Shown here piece by piece: positions 1-12,002 of a stretch of DNA of 64,000 bases. The translations under genes and the position numbers were made by a program. This DNA comes from an uncultured Acidimicrobiales bacterium (GTDB taxonomy: Bacteria; Actinomycetota; Acidimicrobiia; Acidimicrobiales; SZUA-35), in NCBI GenBank assembly GCA_963803875.1, contig CAWDOA010000009.1, forward strand, positions 26,216 to 90,215. The letters are read 5' to 3'. Positions within the stretch are counted from its first letter, which is position 1. The number at the start of each line of letters is the position of its first letter. Under the pieces are notes generated by a model. It saw nothing but the letters and a program-made list of their open reading frames with translations, was not told where the DNA came from and ran no database searches.

Positions 1-1
1 C

Positions 2-277
2 CGCAGTGAGTTCGCCCATCCGGAGGAACCGACACTGGTCGTGATGTTCGGATCCACAACGTGCGACACCTGCCCGATTGTCTGGGAAACCATCGAGTCG
101 ATCGGCGCGCCAGCCGAGCGTGTGGATGTACAAACGGACCCAAAGCGGCACCAGCGGTACCGTATCGATGGTGTACCCACGACCGTGATTGCGGACCGCG
201 CTGGTGTTGTGGCGAGGACCTTCTTTGGTCCCCTCAGCAAAGCCCAGATCGAAGAGGCACTCCGCCAGATGAACTGA
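2..277 (+). CDS. thioredoxin-fold small redox protein, 5' end cut by window edge
   Basis: Frame is open from nt 2 (RSEFAHPEEPTLVVMFGSTTCDTCP...). CxxC motif CDTC followed by ...IDGVPTTVI..., as in thioredoxin/glutaredoxin-like proteins. Stop at 275-277. Confidence 0.6.
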   Translation, partial: RSEFAHPEEPTLVVMFGSTTCDTCPIVWETIESIGAPAERVDVQTDPKRHQRYRIDGVPTTVIADRAGVVARTFFGPLSKAQIEEALRQMN

Positions 278-327
278 CTCGTGCACCACAGGGAGGGGAC
301 TTCCGTTCGAAGACAGGCGTAGGACGG

Positions 328-2319
<1,992 letters not shown>

Positions 2320-2347
2320 GTAATCCAGCTTAGAGGTTGAGGTTGAA

Positions 2348-3127
2348 GTGTCGACGGTCGGGCGCCGGGTGAACGACGCCTGTCACAGGTACCGTCGGCG
2401 CATGCTGCCTGAGACTGAGCGGGTCGACAGACACAGTGTTCCGTGGACTCCGTGGGCTGCGCTCGGAATCTGGGTTGCAGCGTTCTTCGGATCTGCGGTG
2501 TGGGTCACCGTGTTGATCACGGTCAATGGTGCTGACGACGGACTGCCCCGATCTGTTCCATGGCTCGTCGCCGGTCAGCTCGCCCTATGGGCTGCCTACG
2601 GCATCGGACCGCTGATTCTTGCCCGTCAAGCAGGTCAATCATATGTGCAGGCGTTCAAACTGGACTTCCGAGGCAGGGATGTTGCGATTTGGGCGTTCGT
2701 CGGCCTGCTTGTCCAGATCGTGGTCATTCCGTCGGTCTATATCCCTCTGAGGAGCCTCATCGACTCCGACGAGGTCGGCGACGTCGCAGAGGAGCTGATC
2801 GACATGGCGGCCTCGCCGGTGGACGTGCTCTTGCTGTTCCTGATGATCGTGGTCATCGCGCCGGTGGTGGAAGAGCTGTTCTTCCGCGGAACTGTGCTCC
2901 CAGCGATCATGAACCGGCTCGGAACGTTGCCAGCCATCTTGCTCAGCTCCCTGTGGTTCGCCGCCAGCCACCTTCAGGCCATTCAGTTTCCAGGGTTGCT
3001 GGTGGTCGGGATTGTGTTGGCTTATTGCCGAGTGAGGACAAGCAGCCTCATTCCCGCCATCGCGCTTCACATGGCCTTCAACGGCGTCACATTCGGCGTT
3101 CTGGTCAGCCAGTTGGAACTGACCTAG
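2348..3127 (+). CDS. CPBP family intramembrane glutamic endopeptidase (CAAX protease-like)
   Basis: Polytopic membrane ORF with motifs EELFFRG, FAASH and HMAFN. Start uncertain (GTG 2348 or ATG 2402). Confidence 0.8.
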   Translation: MSTVGRRVNDACHRYRRRMLPETERVDRHSVPWTPWAALGIWVAAFFGSAVWVTVLITVNGADDGLPRSVPWLVAGQLALWAAYGIGPLILARQAGQSYVQAFKLDFRGRDVAIWAFVGLLVQIVVIPSVYIPLRSLIDSDEVGDVAEELIDMAASPVDVLLLFLMIVVIAPVVEELFFRGTVLPAIMNRLGTLPAILLSSLWFAASHLQAIQFPGLLVVGIVLAYCRVRTSSLIPAIALHMAFNGVTFGVLVSQLELT

Positions 3128-3333
3128 ACAGACACCCGACGGCGGCGGCCGGCATGAGTGCCGACATGCTCGAGGGCAGCCTCGAGATCGACGTCGTTGC
3201 CAGCGAGCTCCCAGCTGCGAGTGTCGCAGGTCTGGCAGGAGAACATGATCAGATCGTGGCCGTCGACATTCATCTTGAGTGTCACCAACTCCGAGGTGCA
3301 GGTAGGGCAGGGTTGTGCTGTGGGTAGTGCCAT
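3124..3333 (-). CDS. small zinc-ribbon protein (69 aa)
   Basis: MALPTAQPCPTCTSELVTLKMNVDGHDLIMFSCQTCDTRSW... contains two CxxC pairs. ATG 3333 is preceded by GGAGGAG 9 nt upstream. The longer ORF-track start (3390) has no such RBS. Confidence 0.55.
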   Translation of the reverse strand: MALPTAQPCPTCTSELVTLKMNVDGHDLIMFSCQTCDTRSWELAGNDVDLEAALEHVGTHAGRRRRVSV

Positions 3334-3529
3334 TATCAAGTTCTCCTCCGCGATCGCCTGAGCTGCACTCCGGTCGTCGCCGGCACGCACGTGTTGAGAG
3401 TTGGCCGGCGATTTGAGCCGCGCGACCTACCTCCACTGCGAAACCAGTGGGTCGCAAGACCCGTCAACGGCAACGAGTACGTGACCGTGCCCGCATTCGT
3501 ATCTGTGAAACTGCCACAATTGGGGGGTT

Positions 3530-6352
3530 GTGCTGACCCTCCCCAAACCACTACCCCCATCAGCCCCCGAGCCCGAGCAAACTCCTCGGGTCGTCGAGCA
3601 GTCCGGACCTACCCGCGAGTTTCTGAGCCGATTCGGTTCATGGGTCAGTTTTGCAGCGGCACTTGGCTGTGCCGTGTTCGTTTTATTTCAGCTTCGCCCC
3701 GACCTCGTTCTGGCCGACACAACACCCTCGGGTGGCGATATGGGTGCCCACGTGTGGGGCCCGGCGTATATGCGGGATCACCTGCTGACCCAGGGCCGGC
3801 TCACGGGTTGGACTCCGGACTGGTACGCCGGATTTCCGGCGTACCACTATTACATGATCGCCCCGCCCCTGGCGATCATCGCAATCAACGCTGGGCTGAA
3901 CCCGCTGATCGGCGTTCCCATGGCATTGGTCGCCATCGGCGCCGCCTGGTTGATCGCCGGTCACCGCACTGTGCAGGGCTCCGGATTCGCCGGATTGATC
4001 AAGATCGTCGGCACGATAGTGGCCGTCTCGCTGGTCTGGGTCCCATACGGCGTGGCCTTCAAGCTGGTATCTGTTGTCGGTTTGATTCTCATGCCACTGG
4101 CCGGCTGGGCGATGGCCAGATTGGCGAGGGCCGAAGAACCGGTTCCCGGTCTTGTTGCCGTGGGTGTAACCATCTTCTTGTTCGACACCAACTTCAACAT
4201 CTATGGCGGCAACATCGCGAGCACTCTGGCCGGTGAGTTCGCCTTTTCAATCAGCCTTGGGTTCGCTCTTCTCACGATCGGTTGGCTGTTCCGGATGCTC
4301 GACACCGGGCGGTGGCGAGCCTCCACCGCCGTGCTGCTGGCGCTCGTGGCCCTGACTCATGTGATCCCCCTGATATTCGTGATGTTCGTTTGCGCCATTT
4401 TGGTCGTGTTCTGGATCGACGCGCCACGGTGGTGGATTCTCGCAACGGGGATGGCGGCTGCTCTGGTGCCGGTCGGTCTCAACGAGGGTCTGGGAACGGC
4501 TCCACGCGTGGCGGCGCTCGTCACCCTGCCGATCGTAGTGGTTGCATTGGCCTCGATCTCGCCAGCGATCGTGGAACGCATCAAGTTATTGGCGATCGTG
4601 GGCCCCGTCGGCTCGCTCATCGCTGCAATCTGGCTGTTTCCGTTCTATATGAGGAGCAACCTCTTCAATGACATGGGCTGGGAGCGGCTGGACGACTACC
4701 TACCCGATCTTGTCAATACGCCGATGAGGATTGCGCTTCCGGTTGCCGGAGTTGGTGCACTGCTGTCGTTCGCATTCAAGGACCGACTAGGCATGTTGTT
4801 CTCGATTCTTGGGGTTGCGTGCGCCCTCGGTGTTGCAAACTTCCCTGACGGTAAGTTGTGGAACGCCAGAATCCTTCCCTTCTACTACCTGTCGGTGTAT
4901 CTCACCGCTGCGATCGGAATTGCCCTATTGGCTCGGGTGATCGGTACCGCAATCTCTGAACGGCTCAGCTCGCCGGATCCGGTGGTTACCTATGCCTTCG
5001 CTGCTCTCGCATTGGCGGCCTCCCTGATCGGTGTGACATTCACGCTTCAGGCGTTTCCCGAGCGCTTCGAGGGCGTCAGCGATGAAGGCAGCTACACCTT
5101 CCTGGGAATCGAAGGGGGAGAGAAGAGTTTCATACCCAGTTGGGTCCAGTGGAACTACAGCGGGTACGAAGAGAAACGTAGCTTTGCGGAGTATGCGGCG
5201 GTTGTGGATGCCATGGCTGAGATCGGGAACTCCAGGGGTTGTGGTCGGGCCATGTGGGAGTACAGCGCCGATCTTGATCGCTATGGAACCCCCATGGCGT
5301 TGATGCTGTTGCCGCACTGGACCGACGGTTGCATCGGATCCATGGAGGGTCTGTACTTTGAATCGTCGGCATCAACCCCGTTCCATTTCCTGAACCAGAG
5401 CATGCTCTCGGTTGGACCGTCACGGGCCCAGCGAGACTTGCCGTATCAGGATTTCAACATCGATCGGGGCGTCGTTCAGCTCCAGACCGTGGGGGTGCGT
5501 TACTACATGGCCCAGTCGGACGAAGCCATAGCTGCCGCCGATGACCACCCCGACCTGGATCGGATCATTGAGGCTCAGCCTTTCGTCATCTATGAGGTCG
5601 CAAATTCGACTTTGATCGAGGGGCTGGAGTTCGAGCCGGTTGTGGCCAGCGGCCCGACCGCAGAGAACGTCACCGAGGCCAGCACCAGGTTCGATGTCGG
5701 TTGGGAAAGCCAAGCTGTTGCGCATTACAACAACCCGGCGGGATTCCAGGCACTCCCGGCTGAGGATGGGCCGGATGAGTGGTTGCGCGTGAGCACGTTG
5801 GCCGGTTCCGATGGTGCTGCCGCGAGTCGGGCTCAAGTGTCGGACATCGAAGTGGGTCGCAATACGATCTCGTTTTCGGTTGACCAAGTCGGAACGCCGG
5901 TTCTGGTCAAAATGAGCTATTTCCCAAATTGGGAGGTCTCCGGTGCGGATGGTCCCTACCGGGCCGGCCCAAACCTCATGGTCGTCGTCCCCACCAAAAC
6001 CGCAGTCGAGATGAACTATGGCGACACCATGGTCGAATATGTGTCCTTCGTGCTGTTCGCTCTTGGCTGCGCAGGTGCGGTGTTTCTGGCCAGAGACGGA
6101 GCCTCATCTCGGTCGGCCAATGAAGCGGCAGGCACCACCGAACCGGATCAGATGCCGGACGCCCACGACGATGTCGACGAGCGAATCGAACCCGACTTGT
6201 TCGCCAAACTACTTGCCGAATCCGAGATGGAGAGTGGGCCGAACGTAGTGCCACCAGAGCCAGGTCCATCGATCTCAGAAGTCGGCCTGGCTGATCGGAT
6301 GCTCAGCGCGCTCGAGAACGATGAAATCAGGACAGAACAGGATCACGAGTGA
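3530..6352 (+). CDS. large polytopic membrane protein, putative GT-C-type glycosyltransferase
   Basis: 940-aa ORF. About 14 predicted TM helices in the N-terminal 480 aa, with a conserved early loop (GGDMGAHVWGP...GWTPDWYAGFP), followed by a roughly 400-aa soluble domain and a C-terminal TM helix. Family assignment rests on architecture and context only. Confidence 0.5.
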   Translation: MLTLPKPLPPSAPEPEQTPRVVEQSGPTREFLSRFGSWVSFAAALGCAVFVLFQLRPDLVLADTTPSGGDMGAHVWGPAYMRDHLLTQGRLTGWTPDWYAGFPAYHYYMIAPPLAIIAINAGLNPLIGVPMALVAIGAAWLIAGHRTVQGSGFAGLIKIVGTIVAVSLVWVPYGVAFKLVSVVGLILMPLAGWAMARLARAEEPVPGLVAVGVTIFLFDTNFNIYGGNIASTLAGEFAFSISLGFALLTIGWLFRMLDTGRWRASTAVLLALVALTHVIPLIFVMFVCAILVVFWIDAPRWWILATGMAAALVPVGLNEGLGTAPRVAALVTLPIVVVALASISPAIVERIKLLAIVGPVGSLIAAIWLFPFYMRSNLFNDMGWERLDDYLPDLVNTPMRIALPVAGVGALLSFAFKDRLGMLFSILGVACALGVANFPDGKLWNARILPFYYLSVYLTAAIGIALLARVIGTAISERLSSPDPVVTYAFAALALAASLIGVTFTLQAFPERFEGVSDEGSYTFLGIEGGEKSFIPSWVQWNYSGYEEKRSFAEYAAVVDAMAEIGNSRGCGRAMWEYSADLDRYGTPMALMLLPHWTDGCIGSMEGLYFESSASTPFHFLNQSMLSVGPSRAQRDLPYQDFNIDRGVVQLQTVGVRYYMAQSDEAIAAADDHPDLDRIIEAQPFVIYEVANSTLIEGLEFEPVVASGPTAENVTEASTRFDVGWESQAVAHYNNPAGFQALPAEDGPDEWLRVSTLAGSDGAAASRAQVSDIEVGRNTISFSVDQVGTPVLVKMSYFPNWEVSGADGPYRAGPNLMVVVPTKTAVEMNYGDTMVEYVSFVLFALGCAGAVFLARDGASSRSANEAAGTTEPDQMPDAHDDVDERIEPDLFAKLLAESEMESGPNVVPPEPGPSISEVGLADRMLSALENDEIRTEQDHE

Positions 6353-7620
6353 GGTCTCGGCTTCGTCGGTTCGCCCTCGTTGGCGTAGTAGCCACGGTGA
6401 TCGATATCGGAGTTTTCCTGTTCGTGGCAGATCGAGCCACTACCGCACCATTGTGGGCTCCAAACATCCTCGCTCTCGCCCTCGCTTCCACCTTCGCCTA
6501 TTTCGGCAATCGATTCTTCACCTTCGGCGCTGGGGATGACGCTCGTTGGGTCCGGCAGCCTGCATTGTTCTTCGCCACCGCAACGTTCGCAGCGGTGTTG
6601 GACACCGGTGTTCTGTATCTGGGCGGCACGGTCACCGGCAATTTGCTCGCCGCCAAGATCTCAGCGGTGGCGGTCGCAGCGGTGCTGAGGTGGGGTGTCT
6701 ATAGATGGATTCTCTTTGGCCGAGTCCGACGAGAGTTGGCTCTCCGGGTGAACCGGCCGGCGTCCACTGAGCCCTACCGGCTCTCAGTTGTGCTGCCTGC
6801 GTTCAATGAGGCGGGCAGGATCGCTCGCTCGATCGAAACGCTGCATGCGACGCTGGTGCCTGCGGTAGGTGCCGACAACCTTCAAGTGCTTGTGGTCGAC
6901 GACGGTTCGATCGACGACACGGCATCTGCTGCTCGGGCCGCCGGAGCCGATGTTCTGGTCCAACCCGAGAACAGGGGCAAGGGCGCTGCGGTAAGGGCCG
7001 GAATTATTGCGGCCAGCGGTCGATCGGTTGTGTTCACCGACGCCGATCTTGCCTATTCGCCATCGGTGATACTCGACATCATGAGGGAGATCGAGGCTGG
7101 TTGGGATGTGGCCGTTGGAAGTCGTCGCCACGAAGAAACAACGACCCTGGTGAAGGCGCGTTGGTTTCGTGAACTTGGCGGCCGCTTCGTCAACCGGCTG
7201 ACCCATCTCGTTCTCCTCGGGCACTTCCGCGATACCCAATGTGGCATCAAGGGGTTCCGTGGAGACATCGGTAGGGTCATGTTCGAGCGGTGTCGTATCG
7301 ACGGCTTTGCCTTTGACGTAGAACTGTTCCTGATAGCGGAACAGGATCGACTGTCGCTTACCGAGATTCCGGTCTCGGTAGAGAACCGCAAGGGATCAAA
7401 GGTGCGACTGATCCAAGACACAATCACCCTGTTCCGCGACCTCGTGAAGATTCGAAGGGCGGCCGGCTGGGGCTGGTACGTCCCTACCCCAGCTCAGCAA
7501 AAGATTCTGGAGCGACCGGCTGGGGCGACGCCTATAGGTGGGCGTCGCCGAACAGATCGTCGGGCCGCACGCGACGGCGAATCCATCGAACCGTCGTCCG
7601 CGAACATCTCTGGGTCCTAG
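6349..7620 (+). CDS. GtrA-like membrane domain fused to family-2 glycosyltransferase (polyprenyl-phosphate sugar synthase-like)
   Basis: N-terminal about 125 aa is GtrA-like (4 TM, FALVGVVATVIDIGVF...YFGNRFFTFG). C-terminal part is GT2 (SVVLPAFNE, VVDDGSIDDT, NRGKGAAV, FTDADL, DTQCGIKGF). Start overlaps the upstream stop (6349/6352). Confidence 0.8.
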   Translation: MRSRLRRFALVGVVATVIDIGVFLFVADRATTAPLWAPNILALALASTFAYFGNRFFTFGAGDDARWVRQPALFFATATFAAVLDTGVLYLGGTVTGNLLAAKISAVAVAAVLRWGVYRWILFGRVRRELALRVNRPASTEPYRLSVVLPAFNEAGRIARSIETLHATLVPAVGADNLQVLVVDDGSIDDTASAARAAGADVLVQPENRGKGAAVRAGIIAASGRSVVFTDADLAYSPSVILDIMREIEAGWDVAVGSRRHEETTTLVKARWFRELGGRFVNRLTHLVLLGHFRDTQCGIKGFRGDIGRVMFERCRIDGFAFDVELFLIAEQDRLSLTEIPVSVENRKGSKVRLIQDTITLFRDLVKIRRAAGWGWYVPTPAQQKILERPAGATPIGGRRRTDRRAARDGESIEPSSANISGS

Positions 7621-7629
7621 ATTGGTGGC

Positions 7630-8991
7630 GTGAAAGACCTTTCAGCAATCGTCAAGGCATACGACGTCCGCGGAACCTTCCCCGATCAGATCGACGCAGA
7701 AACCTGCCTAGCTCTCGGAGTCGGTTTCGCAGAGTTCATCAAATCGGCCGAGCCGACTACAGAAGAGATAGTCATCGCTCACGACATGCGCCCCTCGGGC
7801 CCCGAACTCGTGGCCGCGTTCACTCAGGGAGTGAACCGACAGGGTCTCGGTGTTGTGAACATCGGCTTGGCGTCGACCGACATGATGTACTTTGCCTCGG
7901 GTTCGGAGAACAAACCCGGTGTCATGTTCACCGCCTCCCACAATCCCGCTCAGTACAACGGAATCAAAGTGTGCAAATCGGGGGCAGCACCCATCGGGCA
8001 AGACACAGGTCTCGGAGCCATGCGGGAAGGCGCAGAAGCCTACTGGCGGGGTGAGATCGAAGCCGCGGATTCACCGGGGACTTCTGGCACCGCAGAGATG
8101 CTCGATGCCTTCGCTCAGCACGTTCTGAGTTTCATCGCTGCCGATGGGCTCAGGCCGCTCAAGGTCGTGGCTGATACTGCGAACGGCATGGGTGGATATG
8201 TGGTGCCCGAGGTCTTCAAGCATCTGCCGTTCGATTTGGAGATCATGTATCCCGAACTCGACGGCACGTTTCCCAATCACCCTGCTGACCCTATTCAGGT
8301 AGAGAACTTGGCTGACCTGCGGGCCCGGGTCACCGAGGTCGGCGCAGACATCGGGTTGGCCTTCGATGGCGACGCCGACCGCGTCTTTTTGGTGGATGAA
8401 CGAGGTGAACCGGTCAGCGGATCGCTGACCACTGCGCTGCTGGCTAGAGCCACGTTGGCTACCACCCCGGGGGCAAAGGTCATCTACAACCTCATCTGTT
8501 CCGATGTCGTGCCCGAGGTCGTATCAGAGAATGGCGGAATCCCGATCCGCAGCCGGGTCGGCCACAGTTTCATCAAGCAGATCATGGCCGATGAGGGAGC
8601 CGAGTTCGGCGGCGAGCACAGTGCTCACTACTACTTCGCCAAGAATTGGCGGGCGGACAGTGGGCTGATAGCCGCCGTGATGGTGCTCGCCGAACTCAGC
8701 GCCAGCGGCGGCACGCTCAGCCAGTTGCTTGATCCGTTCAAGCGATACAGCGCTTCGGGAGAAATCAACACCCGTGTCAAGGACGCACAGGCGGTGATAG
8801 ACGCCGTGAAGCAGCACTACGCAGGATCTCAGCAGGACGAGCTCGATGGTCTGACGGTTCGCAACGACCGATGGTGGTTCAATCTACGTGCCTCCAACAC
8901 AGAACCGTTGCTGCGACTCAACCTCGAAGCTGCCGACGACGATGCGGTCGCTGCCCACGTGGCCGAGGTGCAGTCGGTCATGGTTCTCTGA
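7630..8991 (+). CDS. manB: phosphomannomutase/phosphoglucomutase
   Basis: 453 aa. Active-site Ser loop TASHNPAQYNGIK and metal loop FDGDADRVF. Confidence 0.9.
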   Translation: MKDLSAIVKAYDVRGTFPDQIDAETCLALGVGFAEFIKSAEPTTEEIVIAHDMRPSGPELVAAFTQGVNRQGLGVVNIGLASTDMMYFASGSENKPGVMFTASHNPAQYNGIKVCKSGAAPIGQDTGLGAMREGAEAYWRGEIEAADSPGTSGTAEMLDAFAQHVLSFIAADGLRPLKVVADTANGMGGYVVPEVFKHLPFDLEIMYPELDGTFPNHPADPIQVENLADLRARVTEVGADIGLAFDGDADRVFLVDERGEPVSGSLTTALLARATLATTPGAKVIYNLICSDVVPEVVSENGGIPIRSRVGHSFIKQIMADEGAEFGGEHSAHYYFAKNWRADSGLIAAVMVLAELSASGGTLSQLLDPFKRYSASGEINTRVKDAQAVIDAVKQHYAGSQQDELDGLTVRNDRWWFNLRASNTEPLLRLNLEAADDDAVAAHVAEVQSVMVL

Positions 8992-9000
8992 GGTTTTCCA

Positions 9001-10174
9001 GTGGAGCGTTTGACATGCACCGTCCAGGAGTACGCCTGGGGCGACACCGAATCCATCCCTCATCTGTTGGGACGAGAGCCTGACGGTAGGCCCAAGGCGG
9101 AGCTGTGGATGGGTGCACATCCTCGAGCCAGCAGCGTGTGTGCCGACGGAACACCATTGGTTGACCGTATTTCTGGCGACCCCAACACTGCCCTGGGATG
9201 CGAGCTTGCCGAACGTTTCGGTCAGTTGCCATTCCTCTTCAAGATATTGGCCGCTGGAGAGCCGCTGTCGATTCAGTCTCATCCCACTCTTGAGCAGGCT
9301 GTTGCCGGCTTCAACCGCGAGAACGAAGAGGGAATACCTCTCGACGCTCCGCATCGGGTCTACCGAGATGCCAACCACAAGCCGGAGTTGATCGCAGCGC
9401 TTACGCCGTTCCACGCCAAGTGTGGCTTCCGCCCGCTGTGGGAAAGCCGACAACTGTTCAGTCAGTTGGTGTCTGCGGGCGAACAAGCTGTTCTTCAGCC
9501 GCTCGTAGAGATCCTGTTCGATTCAGGCGATCCGGCCACGGTCTACAAGAATGCTCTGGCCCACATCCTGGCTGCCGAGCGTGACGAGGAGGCAATCGCT
9601 GCGGCCACCGTGCGGGCTGCACAGGAGCTTGGGTATCTCAGTGCGGCAGATCCGTTTCGAACCGAATTGGAGTGGACTGAACGGATTGCCTCATCCTTTC
9701 CTGGTGATTCGGGAGTAACCGTGGCGTTGATGCTCAACCATGTGGTGCTCGAGCCCGGGCAGGCGGTATTCCTCGAAGCCGGCAACCTCCATGCCTACCT
9801 CTCCGGAGTAGGCATGGAACTGATGGCCAATAGCGACAACGTCGTCGCGCGGGGGTCTTACTCCGAAACACCGTGATGTGGTCGAGCTTCTGCGGGTGCT
9901 CGACTGTTCCCCGATCGACGTTCCGGTTCAGACACCGGAGTCGGACACGTGGCGTTATGACTCGCCGGTGCCAGAGTTCACGCTCGAGCGTCTGATCGAT
10001 CCGAGAGGCACGTTTGAATCGCCGGGTCCCGAGATCGTCTTCGTACAACAAGGGTCGGTTGTTCTGAGCGGGGTGGCACTCCAGGCTGGTGATGTTGCCT
10101 GGGTTCCCGCATCCGAGGCTTTCTTCACAGCTGAGGGCGAGGCCACGTTGTGGCGAGCGGGTGTTCCGGTCTGA
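9001..10174 (+). pseudogene. manA: type I mannose-6-phosphate isomerase, interrupted by a +1 frameshift near 9847
   Basis: ORFs 9001-9876 and 9878-10174 are collinear with ManA (YAWG, ELWMGAHP, LPFLFK, QSHP, NHKPE, ANSDNV). Frame 1 reads ...ANSDNVVARGSYSETP*. Frame 2 from 9848 reads RGGLTPKHRDVVELLRVLD, the expected continuation. The shift lies in gtcgcgcggggg. Confidence 0.85.
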
Positions 10175-10219
10175 AGCGCTAGTCAACAGATTCGGTGATC
10201 ACGAACTACCCTGCTTGGG

Positions 10220-10462
10220 GTGACGTTGGAATCGTTTCTGCTCGAGATCCTGGCCTGTCCCCAAGACAAAGGTCCGCTCTACTACCTAGAGGATGAAGAC
10301 ACGCTCTACAACCCGCGCCTAACTCGTCGTTATCGCATCGAGAAGGACATTCCGGTGCTGTTGATCGACGAAGCGGAGACAGTCGATCAGGCCGAACACA
10401 ACAGGATCATGGCTCGCATCGATGCGGAATCGATCAGCCCAACATGGGAGCAAGATACGTGA
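10220..10462 (+). CDS. Trm112 family protein
   Basis: 80 aa. LLEILACPQDKGPLYY...RRYRIEKDIPVLLIDEA is the typical Trm112/UPF0434 pattern. Confidence 0.8.
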   Translation: MTLESFLLEILACPQDKGPLYYLEDEDTLYNPRLTRRYRIEKDIPVLLIDEAETVDQAEHNRIMARIDAESISPTWEQDT

Positions 10463-11490
10463 GCGAACGCATCGACAGCCTCGGCATGTGGGACGCCATG
10501 CTGGCCTTGCCCGAACAGATCGAAGAATCGATGGCTGCCATCGGCACAATCAGTGGTCTGCCCGATACCGCCGGTCTTGAACACGTCATCATTCTCGGAA
10601 TGGGCGACAGCGGGTTTGGTGGCGATGTAGCGGCAGCTTCTGCCCGGCCGTTCAGCTCGCTCCCGATCGTGGTGTACGGCGGCTATCTGCCGCCGAGTTG
10701 GGTCGGCTCGACAACTCTGGTGATCGCCATAAGTTCCTCCGGAACCACCGAGGAAACGCTGGAATCACTGGAGGCCGCTGTGGAGAGCGGCGCCTCGCTG
10801 GTTGCGGTGACGTCCGGAGGGGAGTTGGCGTCGTTGGCCCGCCGCGCCATGGCACCGGTCTTGCCTGTGATCGGGTCAGCGCCCATGCCACGGGCAGCGC
10901 TGGGCGCCCTTGCCGTTCCAGCGATGCTCACTCTGGAGCAACTCGGTCTCTTTCCTGGAGCTCGCACCTGGATCACCGATGCCGTCCAGCAGCTGAAGAT
11001 CCGCCGCGACGAGCTGGTCAGCGACGCCTCGCCAGCCAAGGAGATTGCTCGGCGGATAGGCCGGACCATGCCGATCATCTATGGCGGTGGCGTAATCGGT
11101 ACGACTTCGGCAAAACGGTGGAAGATTGCAGTGAACCACAATGCGAAGGCGCCGGCGTTTTGGGCTCCGATGCCCGAGCTGTGTCACAACGAACTGGTTG
11201 GCTGGGGCCAACACGGTGATGTCACACGGCAAGTGTTCACCGAGGTGCAGTTGCGACACGAGTACGAGCACCCCCAGACCGCCCGACGCTTCCAATATGT
11301 GCAAGAGAAGACGCTAGAAGTGATGAGCGACATCATCTCGGTGGAAGCCGCCGGCGAGGGCCCGGTAGCGCAGCTCCTGGACCTTGTACTCATGGGCGAT
11401 GTAGTGAGCCTGGAGATGGCGGCGGCCGAGCGGCTCGATCCCGGGCCCCTTCCAATTGTCGATGACCTGAAGACCTGGCTAGACGGGTAG
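10444..11490 (+). CDS. SIS-domain bifunctional phosphoglucose/phosphomannose isomerase
   Basis: 348 aa with two SIS-like halves (ILGMGDSG..., AISSSGTTEET). Start is ATG 10444 or GTG 10459 (GTGA overlap with the Trm112 stop). Confidence 0.75.
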   Translation: MGARYVSERIDSLGMWDAMLALPEQIEESMAAIGTISGLPDTAGLEHVIILGMGDSGFGGDVAAASARPFSSLPIVVYGGYLPPSWVGSTTLVIAISSSGTTEETLESLEAAVESGASLVAVTSGGELASLARRAMAPVLPVIGSAPMPRAALGALAVPAMLTLEQLGLFPGARTWITDAVQQLKIRRDELVSDASPAKEIARRIGRTMPIIYGGGVIGTTSAKRWKIAVNHNAKAPAFWAPMPELCHNELVGWGQHGDVTRQVFTEVQLRHEYEHPQTARRFQYVQEKTLEVMSDIISVEAAGEGPVAQLLDLVLMGDVVSLEMAAAERLDPGPLPIVDDLKTWLDG

Positions 11491-11516
11491 AGCCACCGGG
11501 CAGACAGCGCTGCTGC

Positions 11517-11951
11517 TCAGCCCAGGAAGTCCTTTAGCCCCTCTGCTGCGGCATCTCCGATCTTGTTGAAGATCGGACCGAGCAGTGGATCAAGAATCTT
11601 CAGGGGCCCATTGAGAAAGAGATCGGCGGCGTAGGTGACGGTGCTGCCGTCTCCACTGGGAGTGACGGTCACGATGTCGTCGGATGAGAAGAACTTCGCT
11701 TTGGCAACCGCCCGAAAACGTTTGCCAGGTTCGAACTCTTTCATCTCATAGGTCAACGGCGTTGCCGGCGCTGGCCCGACACCGTTGACAACGAGGCGAT
11801 AGGCGGCACCAAGACCCGGTTCCTTGCCGCTGGTCTGGGTTGCGCTTTTGACCCCAGGATCCCACTCTGCGAAGCGCGTCATATCGGCCATCATGGCGAA
11901 GGCGTCGGCGGGGGAATGGTGGGTGCTTGCGGAAGTCTCGTAGTGGGCCAT
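11517..11951 (-). CDS. SRPBCC (polyketide cyclase/dehydrase-like) family protein
   Basis: Start taken at internal ATG 11951 (MAHYETSAS...), giving 144 aa. The longer ORF-track start would overlap the ahcY promoter/5' region. Confidence 0.6.
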   Translation of the reverse strand: MAHYETSASTHHSPADAFAMMADMTRFAEWDPGVKSATQTSGKEPGLGAAYRLVVNGVGPAPATPLTYEMKEFEPGKRFRAVAKAKFFSSDDIVTVTPSGDGSTVTYAADLFLNGPLKILDPLLGPIFNKIGDAAAEGLKDFLG

Positions 11952-12002
11952 GGGACCATTGTGCCTGTTCTTTGCCGAATAATCGTCCCTACACTGCAGC
12001 CC

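Noticed and set aside
3391-4236. 281-aa + strand ORF overlapping the start of the large membrane protein
   Set aside because: It is an alternative frame of the 940-aa gene, with Arg/Pro/Gly-rich composition typical of off-frame translation in high-GC DNA.
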